Origin: a virus
Taxonomy: Duplodnaviria > Heunggongvirae > Uroviricota > Caudoviricetes
DNA length: 64,000 nt
Strand: one strand, 5' to 3'
IMG/VR virus record: IMGVR_UViG_3300050190_000017
Shown: piece by piece, positions 35,901 through 44,558 of the stretch
Numbering within the stretch: the stretch's first letter is position 1
Layout of the letters: each line of letters begins with the position of its first letter
The notes under the pieces: model-generated
The model's input: the letters and a program-made list of their open reading frames with translations, nothing else
Database searches by the model: none
What the model was told of the DNA's origin: nothing
Made by a program: the position numbers and the translations under genes

Positions 35901-36701
35901 GTCCCTTCAACGTCTATGACGACTGGTAGTGAGGTTATTACAGGCGGCTTAGGTGTTAGTGGTGCTATATACGCCGGATCATTTAATGGTCCGGTAATGG
36001 CTACAACGTTAACCGCTACTGATATAACTACGTTCGGTATGCAGAGCAGTATAACGGCGATGCCTGTGTCTGCCATTGCGGAGACGATGGTTCCTTCTAC
36101 AGCAACAACAAGTGCTACGTACTATAAAACGATGGGCGCTACTGCAGCATCAACGTTTACGTTACCTACACTGTATCACTACTCGGCCACCCAGGGAACG
36201 TTTGGTACAGGTTCAACAGTAACTAGCCAATACGGGTACTACGCAGATGCAACGCTGATAGGTGCTGTTCATAACATGGGGTTCGTCGGGAATTTGCCAT
36301 CTGTACCGGGTAACTGGAATTTGTACATGATGGGTACGGCTGCTAACTATGCTGCGGGTATTATGCAGTTAGGTAATGCGGTCCCTATGATTACAGCAGA
36401 ACAGCTGCAGGTCACTGGAAGTGCTAGAGCAACTATGTACAGTGCAGCCCAGATGGGGTTCAGGGCGTCGGAGGTTACTAACGGCAAGCAGGGTGTGGTG
36501 ACTCTAGTAGCTGGCACTATTACGGTGTCCAATACGTCAGTTACTGCTAACAGTCGTATATTCTTGACTGGGCAGATGGATGGAGGTACACCAGGGTGGG
36601 TACGAGTATCAGGCAGAACGATCGGTTCGTCATTCACCATAACTAGTTCTAGCGCAACCGATACCTCGATGATTGCTTATGAAATCTTTGAACCAGCGTA
36701 G
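33000..36701 (+). CDS. Long tail fibre protein with internal repeats
   Basis: AAGGAG RBS; N-terminal fibre-attachment domain (GPFQFGEIGLY), PVQxVNGQxGDV and DLN...TGLYY fibre motifs; two about 190-aa repeats. Confidence 0.8.
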   Translation: MLIQLTTAGAMLLQNATGPITLTSFELGSDYNYTPEPTDTMLHGTEVYAGTPSLPLAVNANIVKWSCFIDYPVGPFQFGEIGLYVGTTLFALGTSSELIEKLALTSVDPGNSIVIDVYVSVVGTNYNIWLNLNQSSNSFRMGVLQTADQLPPSAGAVPNAYIVQGASSYQSAFFAYTDTNGLWNFDAYDFAQQTTATITAVDSQSVTIAMSQYVMGMSPAYFGEVLLQFSTGALYGIVRYVETAVISGDTVTLGFATPLAMLPAVGDEFLVFGRQILSTQVMNLPPATTTKLGAIMVGYGLLVDSTGLLSVDETKAPVQMVNGQMGDVMLTASDIYDIAKVAITGNYYDLLNYPAPYTLMPATTTTLGGVKAPATSEMHLTIATDGTIDLAFNPVKSVNMQYPDPSTGDVEVYIPTYTGLVNPVALSANTDLNTMMTTGLYYITSSTVGTILNLPLGVATEATLEVVPLTMVGPGDVIQRVSTSSTMYFRGLTGNTWSLWNEVATTMTHMEQSITATMMNQTTFLTTGYTPGYIEVFIAGLRLVPNVDYTATDSLNITLINAALIAQVQIGAVLTISSFTIFSISNAVPKSMLASSTGATLVGYNSMDLGLTTVGYFLSQLEAGFLAGKFTTLNVSNNTPSTSTTTGAVTVVGGLGVEGELNVGSLSSVNLNFTQASMLPVPTTGTVFRLVNADGVETKIDVDAYVSTGNPMAGVSLRGARGTAAAPMAIQNTDIIGLVAGHGYGTTMFQMGSTAVMQFVAEENFTDTSMATAIAWQVTPTGSIVRTEKMRLNSMGVLMLEANLPSTSVLTGSGVVTGGLGVSGAVNAGMTSSVSANVTPIGSQMPAPVGTMLRATEADDTNTKMVLDSYNTMNPTSGYIGRGARGTAAIPTAVQSTDVIAAFGGIGFGTTEYQPLVTGSVHIVAEGAFTDTSNPTAVAFMVTPSGSVTKTEAGRFNSMGVLMLEANVPSTSMTTGSEVITGGLGVSGAIYAGSFNGPVMATTLTATDITTFGMQSSITAMPVSAIAETMVPSTATTSATYYKTMGATAASTFTLPTLYHYSATQGTFGTGSTVTSQYGYYADATLIGAVHNMGFVGNLPSVPGNWNLYMMGTAANYAAGIMQLGNAVPMITAEQLQVTGSARATMYSAAQMGFRASEVTNGKQGVVTLVAGTITVSNTSVTANSRIFLTGQMDGGTPGWVRVSGRTIGSSFTITSSSATDTSMIAYEIFEPA

Positions 36702-36726
36702 CGAACTACGTTTAGCGAACTACGTT
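36699..36726. repeat. 14-bp tandem duplication TAGCGAACTACGTT x2
   Basis: Directly visible at the stop codon of the fibre gene. Confidence 0.85.
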
Positions 36727-36742
36727 TAAGTAAGGAGTACAA

Positions 36743-37828
36743 ATGTCAGCGACAAATAACATTGCAAATTTAACACCGGAACTTGTAACTCAGCAATGGG
36801 CCTTCCGCAATCGGATTATCAATGGGAGTTGTAATATAGCCCAACGACCAGCGTTTGCAGCCACTACAGCCACTTCAGGGTATGGTGGACCTGATCGATT
36901 TATTGCAGTTAACGGCGAGACCGCAGGTGGGGAGTTCACACAGTCCCAGGGTACAATAATGTACAACGGGATCGTGCACAACGCAGTAGTCCAAACAGTC
37001 AACGCCCCTATAGTTAGCACAACTACTACTAACTATTGGTCAGGCATCGAGCAACGAGTAGAAGGGCTCAACTGCTATGACTTATTGGGACAACCAGTAA
37101 CTGTATCTTTTATATTTGAGACCAACGTTAGTGGTACGTATAGTGTCGCGCTGATAGATGGCACTGGTACAAATTCTTTTGTTACTACATTCCTAGCGGT
37201 TGCAAGTACTCCAGTGAAAGTGCTAATACCAATATCAATGTTACCACTAACGTTAGGGACACCAAATAGTCCCGCTACAGGTTTACAGTGCACTATTGGA
37301 TTCCTTAACACGGGTACGTACCAGACTTCGACTCTTGGTATGTGGCAAACTGGAGCGTATATCACGGCTATGGGTGCTACTAACTGGGGAGCAGTTACCG
37401 GTAACTATATAGCACTGACCAATCTCCAGCTAGAAGCAGGGACCTCCGCCACTACGTTTGAGACCCGACATTCCGGTATAGAGTTTGCACTATGCCAACG
37501 CTATTGCTATCGTATTAGTAACGTGTTGACTCCAACACTCTCTGCTAGTGTAGCCTCCGGTTTTGTGGTTACTACTACCCAAATGTACGTTCCCGTAATG
37601 TTTCCAGTGTTAATGCGGACAATACCTACACTAACATACTTTAATATCTGGGGAGCTACCTATACCGAGCTGGCGCCAGCTACAAGCACGTCCACAGTGT
37701 GGATGTCCCTTCAAGGGGTAACTGTAGTATTAAACGCTAGCGGAGCCACATGGACGGGTGGTCAAGGAGGGGAGATATATGTTGGATCTTCTACACTAGG
37801 CTGGATTAACTTTGACGCAGAACTTTAA
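36743..37828 (+). CDS. Tail fibre/receptor-binding protein (paralog of 44559-45641)
   Basis: FRNRIING-CN-AQR, GPDR, QRVEG, QLEAGTSAT-FE, E-ALCQRY motifs. Confidence 0.7.
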   Translation: MSATNNIANLTPELVTQQWAFRNRIINGSCNIAQRPAFAATTATSGYGGPDRFIAVNGETAGGEFTQSQGTIMYNGIVHNAVVQTVNAPIVSTTTTNYWSGIEQRVEGLNCYDLLGQPVTVSFIFETNVSGTYSVALIDGTGTNSFVTTFLAVASTPVKVLIPISMLPLTLGTPNSPATGLQCTIGFLNTGTYQTSTLGMWQTGAYITAMGATNWGAVTGNYIALTNLQLEAGTSATTFETRHSGIEFALCQRYCYRISNVLTPTLSASVASGFVVTTTQMYVPVMFPVLMRTIPTLTYFNIWGATYTELAPATSTSTVWMSLQGVTVVLNASGATWTGGQGGEIYVGSSTLGWINFDAEL

Positions 37829-37844
37829 TTAACAAAGGAACACC

Positions 37845-38543
37845 ATGTACACTTACACACTCGTGGCAAACTCGACTTCTATTCTTCGTTCGGATGGAGC
37901 AACTATTCCGAATTGCCCGGGCAATTCGGATTACGCAGCTTATCTTAAATGGGTAGCTGCGGGTAACGTAGTTACCCCGGTACCGGGACCTACTCTGGCT
38001 CAGGCGCAGGCTACCCAGGCAGGTATCCTTAATGCAGCTACCTCGAATGAAATCTACAAAGGATTCACTTCGTCAGCCTTAGGGACAGTCCATACTTACC
38101 CAGCCCAGCAGTTAGACCAGCTTAACATGAATAGCCGAGCTTCCGCAGCTACCATTGCTTTGACTAGCCCTGCTTGGGCTGCCGGTGCAGTAGTTCCTGA
38201 AGGGCAGATTATAACTATGGACGGGCAAGGCTTCATTTGTACTACTCCGGGAACCTCCAGCACTAGCCCTCAGAACTGGAGTGTAGCGCCGGTCGATGAT
38301 GGTTCAGTGATTTGGAATGTGTGGACTGTCTCTTTCTGGTGCCAGGATAGTACCGGAGCCTGGACATGGGCAGCGCATACTGCATCCCAGATGCGGCAGG
38401 TAGGCATAGACGGTAACAACAAGATCGGAGCTATACTTCAGCAGAATAGCAACCTACAACAGCAGGTGCAGGCTGTAACAGTGACTACTACAGAAGCAGA
38501 TGCAGTAGCCGCTGTTCAAGCTATTGTGTGGCCTTCAGCCTAG
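37845..38543 (+). CDS. Tail fibre assembly/chaperone-like protein
   Basis: ILRSDGATIP...NSDYAAYLKWVAAGN, GFTSSALG-HTYP, DQLN, FWCQD...W...HTA motifs; follows a fibre gene. Confidence 0.65.
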   Translation: MYTYTLVANSTSILRSDGATIPNCPGNSDYAAYLKWVAAGNVVTPVPGPTLAQAQATQAGILNAATSNEIYKGFTSSALGTVHTYPAQQLDQLNMNSRASAATIALTSPAWAAGAVVPEGQIITMDGQGFICTTPGTSSTSPQNWSVAPVDDGSVIWNVWTVSFWCQDSTGAWTWAAHTASQMRQVGIDGNNKIGAILQQNSNLQQQVQAVTVTTTEADAVAAVQAIVWPSA

Positions 38544-38563
38544 TACTAAGTACGGCCTTCAGC

Positions 38564-39502
38564 CTAACCCCAGAGACCTTTTGACTTTGGGTACAACCAG
38601 TTAAGATACTCATGGAAGCTCCGGCTCAGGGATTTGTCTACCGACTGATTCTTCCGGAGCTTCCACTCTTTTAACTCGTTAGGTGGGAGTACATCTTCCA
38701 CTAGCTTGACCAACTTGCGGTTACGTCTAATGTTATCAGCTTCAGCAGTAATGAACTCTCGGTCTTCTTTACACTGCTTATGCCAGTTCTTGATTGATCC
38801 ATAAGTCTCCAGTATCTTCTTGGCTTTAGCTGGGCCGATACCTTTGATAGGTGGCACTGAGTCGCCCGAGTCACCTATCAAAGTTTGGTAGTCCACCATC
38901 TGTGAAACCTTAACTCCCTTTTTCTTTTCAGCGTAAGCGACATCTATATAGCGAGGTTTAGATTTACCGTCTTTACCCTTTGCAGAGGAATCGTAGAGCC
39001 GTACCTTAGGCGTTAGATATTGATAGGCATCCTTATCAACTGTACCACAGATCACTTTGTAGTCGTTACCGTATGCTTTAGCAACAGAGCACAGAACATC
39101 GTCTGCCTCATGCGTCTTAGGCTGGAAGAAGATAATCCCTAGCTTATGAAGCAGCGCATAGACGTCAGGGAGATATTGGTACAGATCATTTACTGGTTCT
39201 GCATTCTCTGCGTCAACTGGTGCGCCCTTACTCTCACGTCTAGCTGACTTGTACTGAGGATATACTTTATATCGGAATACGTCAGGGCCGTCGAAGGCAA
39301 CCAGAGTATAGTCAGCCTTAACTGCTAATGCGTCCTTCATGACCAACGCAAGGAACTTATACGGCAGCACTTCACCTATAGGGCGCGAGGTCCTCAAAGT
39401 AAACGCCACTCGATGAAGTAGCCAGTTACCATCTGCTACGTAAATCCTCTCCATATTAATGAACTCCTGTAGACGGAACATCGTAAGGGCTACAGACTTC
39501 AA
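38564..39502 (-). CDS. 5'-3' exonuclease / flap endonuclease (T4 RNase H-like)
   Basis: YVADGN, VAFDG, FRYKVYPQYKSAR, EADDVL, DKDAYQ, LIGDSGDSVPPIKGIGPAKA. Confidence 0.92.
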   Translation of the reverse strand: MKSVALTMFRLQEFINMERIYVADGNWLLHRVAFTLRTSRPIGEVLPYKFLALVMKDALAVKADYTLVAFDGPDVFRYKVYPQYKSARRESKGAPVDAENAEPVNDLYQYLPDVYALLHKLGIIFFQPKTHEADDVLCSVAKAYGNDYKVICGTVDKDAYQYLTPKVRLYDSSAKGKDGKSKPRYIDVAYAEKKKGVKVSQMVDYQTLIGDSGDSVPPIKGIGPAKAKKILETYGSIKNWHKQCKEDREFITAEADNIRRNRKLVKLVEDVLPPNELKEWKLRKNQSVDKSLSRSFHEYLNWLYPKSKGLWG

Positions 39503-39752
39503 GCATAGCCAGTACCGATAGATCGTCTACAGGCTCTCCTGTATCTGCGTCTAAACGATTGACTAGAAACTTAGTGTTGAAGGCAGAGTCCAGATTCTTA
39601 CACAAGTCAGTGGCAATGAAGTTCACATCGATCTCGGCAGGATCTAAGCCTTCGATGTTGAGAGCTACATAGTTCTTGATGAATGAGGTAAGCTCACGAC
39701 TGTTGGTAAGCAGGTGGACCTTCCTCTCGATTAGTATTCCGGCGATAAGCAT
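39456..39752 (-). CDS. Hypothetical protein
   Basis: GGAG RBS; TGTAAATA motif upstream. Confidence 0.55.
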   Translation of the reverse strand: MLIAGILIERKVHLLTNSRELTSFIKNYVALNIEGLDPAEIDVNFIATDLCKNLDSAFNTKFLVNRLDADTGEPVDDLSVLAMLEVCSPYDVPSTGVH

Positions 39753-39773
39753 AATTACTCCTGGGTTAACCCA

Positions 39774-39800
39774 TATTTACATGCGTTGTTCAATTTCATA
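39774..39800. promoter_or_regulatory. Divergent promoter region: TGTAAATA (-) and AATTTCATA (+), 10 nt apart
   Basis: Sits at the strand switch between exonuclease and lysis genes. Confidence 0.55.
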
Positions 39801-39837
39801 ATAACAATAATACTTTTAGACTTAATGAGAGGGAACG

Positions 39838-40203
39838 ATGGAATTAAACGACAAGACCAACCCCTTTGGTGGCTACCCTTGGGTGACCTACGCGTGGGTA
39901 GTAGGGCTGGCCTGCGCTGGAGGTGCAGTGAAGTATCTTAATAAGTCACCTGCGGCTTTTAGCTTTGTCATCCTGATTAGGGATGTCGTGACTGCAGGGT
40001 TCATGGGCCTCATTACCTTCTGGTTGTGCCAATGGACTAATATAAGTGGCCCGCTCTCTGCTGTGTTGATCGCTACCTCAGGGCTTATGGGCAATCACAT
40101 GACACGCGAGTTAGAGATCCTCTGGAAACTAAAATTTGGTGTTCAGTACGAACCAACTGTTGACGGTCTCAAAGTTGGTGAGCCCGAGGACCGCGCAAAA
40201 TGA
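39838..40203 (+). CDS. Holin
   Basis: 121 aa with about three hydrophobic segments and a charged C-tail; ATGA overlap with the endolysin. Confidence 0.75.
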   Translation: MELNDKTNPFGGYPWVTYAWVVGLACAGGAVKYLNKSPAAFSFVILIRDVVTAGFMGLITFWLCQWTNISGPLSAVLIATSGLMGNHMTRELEILWKLKFGVQYEPTVDGLKVGEPEDRAK

Positions 40204-40859
40204 AATTCAACATCAGTAATTCTCAACTAGCAGCGTTTGCTACCCACCTCAATCTTGCTGATCGAGCACAGCTAGTGGTTGCGATTAACCAGACGCTAGA
40301 TCGTTTTCAAATTAGCGATTCAGCAATTCGAGTTCGATACTTCATGGCGCAGTCGTCGTTCGAGACAGGGGGATTCACTGTTTGGGAAGAGGATCTAGTT
40401 TACTCTACCCCAGAGCGATTAGTAGAAGTGTGGCCGTCACGGTTTTCTTTAGCTGAGGATGCACCCGGTAAAGAGTATGCACCAGACTTCGTGGAAGCCC
40501 CTGAGAAGCTAGCTAATCTCGTGTATGCTAGTCGAGATGGTAATGGCAATGCTACATCGGGTGACGGCTATGCTTATCGTGGTCGCGGAGGATTCGATCT
40601 AACGTTTCTCGATAACTACAAGGCAGCCTCGGCCTACCTATATAACGATGCTACAGTTTACCTGAATAACCCAGATAAGGTAAGTCAGTACACAGACGGA
40701 ATGCTAACCGCTGGGTGGTTCTGGATGACTAATAAGCTGAATGCTCTGGCGGATTCTGATTCGTTTACTCGGGTAACTGAGATTATCAATGGGTCAACCG
40801 ATACCGTGAGCTCTAGACTTCCAGTCCTGAACTTGGCTAATAAAATTTTTACTTGGTGA
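40200..40859 (+). CDS. Endolysin, glycoside hydrolase family 19
   Basis: FMAQSSFETGGF...EDL-YS, YRGRGGFDLTFLDNY, AGWFW, TEIING. Confidence 0.88.
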   Translation: MKFNISNSQLAAFATHLNLADRAQLVVAINQTLDRFQISDSAIRVRYFMAQSSFETGGFTVWEEDLVYSTPERLVEVWPSRFSLAEDAPGKEYAPDFVEAPEKLANLVYASRDGNGNATSGDGYAYRGRGGFDLTFLDNYKAASAYLYNDATVYLNNPDKVSQYTDGMLTAGWFWMTNKLNALADSDSFTRVTEIINGSTDTVSSRLPVLNLANKIFTW

Positions 40860-40874
40860 ACTAAGGAGTAATTC

Positions 40875-43800
40875 ATGACAGGGCTCTTATCTCCTGCCGA
40901 TATACTTGGTATTGCTAACGAAACGGACCCTACTCGTGGTGCTGCCGATGTAGGGTACAACGGAAACACCGTTAAGTATTTTCTAGATGAGATTGCTAAC
41001 GGTACAGCGCCCCCTGTAGTAGGCCCATTGTCGGGTATGGAAACTGTACCGTCTAGCCTAGGGATGGGTCTTCGACAAGTTACCACAGGGAACATAGCGC
41101 AGCTAGCTTTGAATCTCAAAAATAGCGAAGAGACAGTACCCATTACCACGATCTCTACTGTACTCACGCCTACCCAGTACAACTCAGGCATCATTAACTT
41201 TACTGGTACGCTTATGGGGAATAGTACGGTGCAGCTACCGTACACCTCAGGTATATGGGTATTCGCCAATAATACAAGTGGTGCGTATTCCTTAACATTG
41301 CAGACAGGTGTGGCGGGGGCGGTCTACACCGTTGAGACCTCAATGGTCTATCTCAACAACTGGGATGGTAATCAGCTACTGTATAAAACGCCCAGGACCA
41401 ACATGCTGTTCGAGTCTCAGGCGTTATCCACAGCACCATGGATGCTAACCGGATCCACGACCATCACGGGGGGATTCACTGCACCAGATGGAACTGCTAC
41501 CGCATGGATGGTTACAGATAACGATACTACGAATCCTTCGTACATATCGAACTCCAGCTTTAACGGAGTTGCCGGTACTACATACACTGCATCCATCTAT
41601 GTTAAAGAGGGGACGTCTACTACGGGTACGTTTGAATGTTATGATACCGGGGATACGATTACTAGTTCTCAGATAACATGGACTGCTGGAGTACCCACGG
41701 TTTCTATGGGGCAGGTCTACCCGTTGATGAATGGCTGGTACCGTATTGCGTTGCAGGTAACTCCGTTGGTGTCCGGCGCATTCAACTTCGTGTACTATCC
41801 CTGCATGAGTACTAACCCAGCTTTGACAGGGAGCACGTACCTGTGGGGAGGTCAAGTCGAGACCGGGATGGCTGCAACCTCATACATTGAGACATTTGCG
41901 ACTGCAGTAACGATCACTGACTACATGATAACTACAGGAGGGTTGGTAACGTTAGCACTGCCACCAACTACTGGTAATACGTTGACCTGGACGGGCACCT
42001 ACCTAGATGCAGAAGGCAGGTTAGGTACTGTAACTGCAATGCTGTTTGGTACAGGTAACGGTGTGTTGACTATGTTCCAGTTGACACCTATATCTGGTGG
42101 AGGTATGACCGCGGTGGCTCCGCAAGGTAAGTCGATCATTGCGTACTCAGATGGTACAAACGTTATTCTGGCGTCATCTGCGGGTGCTAACACGCTAACG
42201 AAGTATGACTTTATCGCTACCACGCAAGGCCAGACACAGATTGATGTGAGTTACACTCCTGGCAACATCATCGTCACGCGAATGGGTCTAGAGTTACCTG
42301 CTACGGACTATGTAGCGACCACAGGTGCGTACATCACCTTTCCGTTTGGTTTGAATTTGAACGATGAAATATCAGTGATAGCGTTTAGCGCATTCTCTGC
42401 TATTGGTGCAATCTCGATTTATGAATTCATCGCAACTGCGGGGCAGACAACGTTCAACGTAGGGTACACTCCGGGTGCTGTACAGGTGTTTGAGAATGGA
42501 ACATTATTACTGAGTACTGACTACACGGCAAGTAATGGCACCTCGGTGATGCTGAATGTTCCAGCGATGCTAGGAGCTGAGATTAAGATCATTAGTCAGC
42601 AGTCTTCTACTGTTGCTAATATGGTACCTATAACTGGCGGTACCTTTACTGGGCCAGTGATGGGTCCGGTAGCTACCTCCTCTAATCAGCTAGTTCCATT
42701 AGCCCAAGCACAAGCTCTAGGCTACACAAGACAGACCGTGCAGATGGGGGTGACTAATAGTTTAGGTTATGCCTCGATGTTGACCCCGGGTACAGGGATG
42801 ACGGTGAATCTTTCGGCCACTATGCAGCCTATGGTGATTTCATTTGCTGCAGGGGCTACTAACTATGGGGCAACTATTAGTGCGGATATGCCTAACATAG
42901 TTACACTACCTATGAGCAACACATCGTTCATTAGTGCTGACTACACAAGCCCTACTTCGGTTACGTGGACCTCTACGTTAGCTCCCGTGCAGTACGGGTA
43001 CTCCTACAATCAAAGTGCTCAATCAGTGTTGCAGTTTAATGGTACCTCTGGCTCTACGATGATCCTGGATGACTTCGGGAACATGTGGACTGCGATGGGT
43101 GGTGCAACTATTCAGAATACCCAGTATAAGTTTGGTACAGGGGCACTAGGAGGTACTGGTACTAACTTTGCTTTGAATGGTACATCTAACTATATACTGA
43201 GCTCAGGTTTCAAGAGTTTGGGGAACGGTAGTTGGTCTTTAAGATGTTGGATTTGGCCCACTAACGCCGCGACTACTACTGTTCAGGATATTTTTGATGC
43301 TAGCTCAAGTACGACTACAAACTATGGGGCTCAAATCGTAGTGTACGAGAGTAAGATTCAATACTATTTATCATCTACAGGGACTACCTGGGATATAGTG
43401 AATGGTACGCCGGGAACTAACACCATTAACAGCGGAATGTGGCAATTTACAGAGCTCGTATACGACTCAGTAGACGGTAAGTACTATGGATACGTTAACG
43501 GGCTGCTCGATTTTACATTCGCCAGTACTATAAAGGTATGTCCAGTCTCATACATAGCAGTCGGCGCGGGAGCTAACAATACCCAGTGGTTTGCAGGCTA
43601 CATCGACAAGTTTGAATTCCTACCGTATTGCCAGCATCCGAATGGTATGACCTACGCGGTTCCTACTGTCGCTCCCAACATAGCAACCGTCGGTTACTCG
43701 TCTGACTTCTTCTCAGTTCCTAACATGACGATGACTCAGGTGAGTGGACCATCTACAACAGCCTTAGCTAATCCTATGTTTACTCAGAAGAACAGGGTGT

Positions 43801-44159
43801 ATGTAGGGGAGGCAATGACTAGCACCACGCTAGTTACTAGTGCTATTAGCTATGCGTTGAAGGGCCAGTACGATAGTGGGTTGTTTATGGTAGCGACTAA
43901 TACTATGTACAACAAAAATCATAACTTAGGGTACACTGCATTTGCTACGGAAGTTCGCATAGCGGATGACGCAGTAGGTACTAACGAACGCTATGCTATT
44001 GACTACTGGTATGCGCTCACAGGCTGGCAGGCAGGTATTACCACCAGAAATAGTGCAGCTATATGGACAGATGCTGATTACGTAGGGCTAACTGTTGCAG
44101 GTACTGGTACAGTAATTACCACTGGATATTACCGTGTACTAACTCGCAGGAGGTGGTAA
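40875..44159 (+). CDS. Large tail fibre/spike with carbohydrate-binding and LamG-like domains
   Basis: AAGGAG RBS; RTNML...YSISVYVK-like block, NGWYRI, WGGQVE motifs; LamG-like segment (WSLRCWIWP...WQFTELVYD...YVNG...GYIDKF). Confidence 0.75.
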   Translation: MTGLLSPADILGIANETDPTRGAADVGYNGNTVKYFLDEIANGTAPPVVGPLSGMETVPSSLGMGLRQVTTGNIAQLALNLKNSEETVPITTISTVLTPTQYNSGIINFTGTLMGNSTVQLPYTSGIWVFANNTSGAYSLTLQTGVAGAVYTVETSMVYLNNWDGNQLLYKTPRTNMLFESQALSTAPWMLTGSTTITGGFTAPDGTATAWMVTDNDTTNPSYISNSSFNGVAGTTYTASIYVKEGTSTTGTFECYDTGDTITSSQITWTAGVPTVSMGQVYPLMNGWYRIALQVTPLVSGAFNFVYYPCMSTNPALTGSTYLWGGQVETGMAATSYIETFATAVTITDYMITTGGLVTLALPPTTGNTLTWTGTYLDAEGRLGTVTAMLFGTGNGVLTMFQLTPISGGGMTAVAPQGKSIIAYSDGTNVILASSAGANTLTKYDFIATTQGQTQIDVSYTPGNIIVTRMGLELPATDYVATTGAYITFPFGLNLNDEISVIAFSAFSAIGAISIYEFIATAGQTTFNVGYTPGAVQVFENGTLLLSTDYTASNGTSVMLNVPAMLGAEIKIISQQSSTVANMVPITGGTFTGPVMGPVATSSNQLVPLAQAQALGYTRQTVQMGVTNSLGYASMLTPGTGMTVNLSATMQPMVISFAAGATNYGATISADMPNIVTLPMSNTSFISADYTSPTSVTWTSTLAPVQYGYSYNQSAQSVLQFNGTSGSTMILDDFGNMWTAMGGATIQNTQYKFGTGALGGTGTNFALNGTSNYILSSGFKSLGNGSWSLRCWIWPTNAATTTVQDIFDASSSTTTNYGAQIVVYESKIQYYLSSTGTTWDIVNGTPGTNTINSGMWQFTELVYDSVDGKYYGYVNGLLDFTFASTIKVCPVSYIAVGAGANNTQWFAGYIDKFEFLPYCQHPNGMTYAVPTVAPNIATVGYSSDFFSVPNMTMTQVSGPSTTALANPMFTQKNRVYVGEAMTSTTLVTSAISYALKGQYDSGLFMVATNTMYNKNHNLGYTAFATEVRIADDAVGTNERYAIDYWYALTGWQAGITTRNSAAIWTDADYVGLTVAGTGTVITTGYYRVLTRRRW

Positions 44160-44549
44160 ATGACACAATGGATAAACACACAAGGGCAAATATACGAAGG
44201 TGATTGTGTTCCAGGAGATGTAGCGGCTACGGAAGCTCAGATAGCTGCAGCGGCTCAAGCTCTCCTGGAGCCCTCGATTATATCAGCAGTACAAAACTTA
44301 TTGGATACAACTGCTCAGTCGAAGGGTTACAACGATATTATCTCGGCCTGCAGTTACGCAGCCCAAGCAGTAGGACAGCCATTCCAAGCAGAGGGTATGG
44401 CGTTCCTAACCTGGAGATCAACGGTGTGGAATACTGCGTACACAATGCTGGCTCAGATCAAGGCAGGGACGATAGCAATGCCAACAGTAGCCCAGGCTTT
44501 AGCATTGATCCCGGCCTTCGTTGATCCTAACGCTACCCCTGCAACATAA
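44160..44549 (+). CDS. Tail fibre assembly-like protein
   Basis: VQNLLDTTAQSKGYNDIISACSYA...EG-AF-TWRSTVW motif; follows a fibre gene. Confidence 0.7.
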   Translation: MTQWINTQGQIYEGDCVPGDVAATEAQIAAAAQALLEPSIISAVQNLLDTTAQSKGYNDIISACSYAAQAVGQPFQAEGMAFLTWRSTVWNTAYTMLAQIKAGTIAMPTVAQALALIPAFVDPNATPAT

Positions 44550-44558
44550 GGATTACTC

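Noticed and set aside
36699-36726. 14-bp tandem repeat as a regulatory operator
   Set aside because: It occurs only once in the window and is most simply a slippage duplication at a stop codon.
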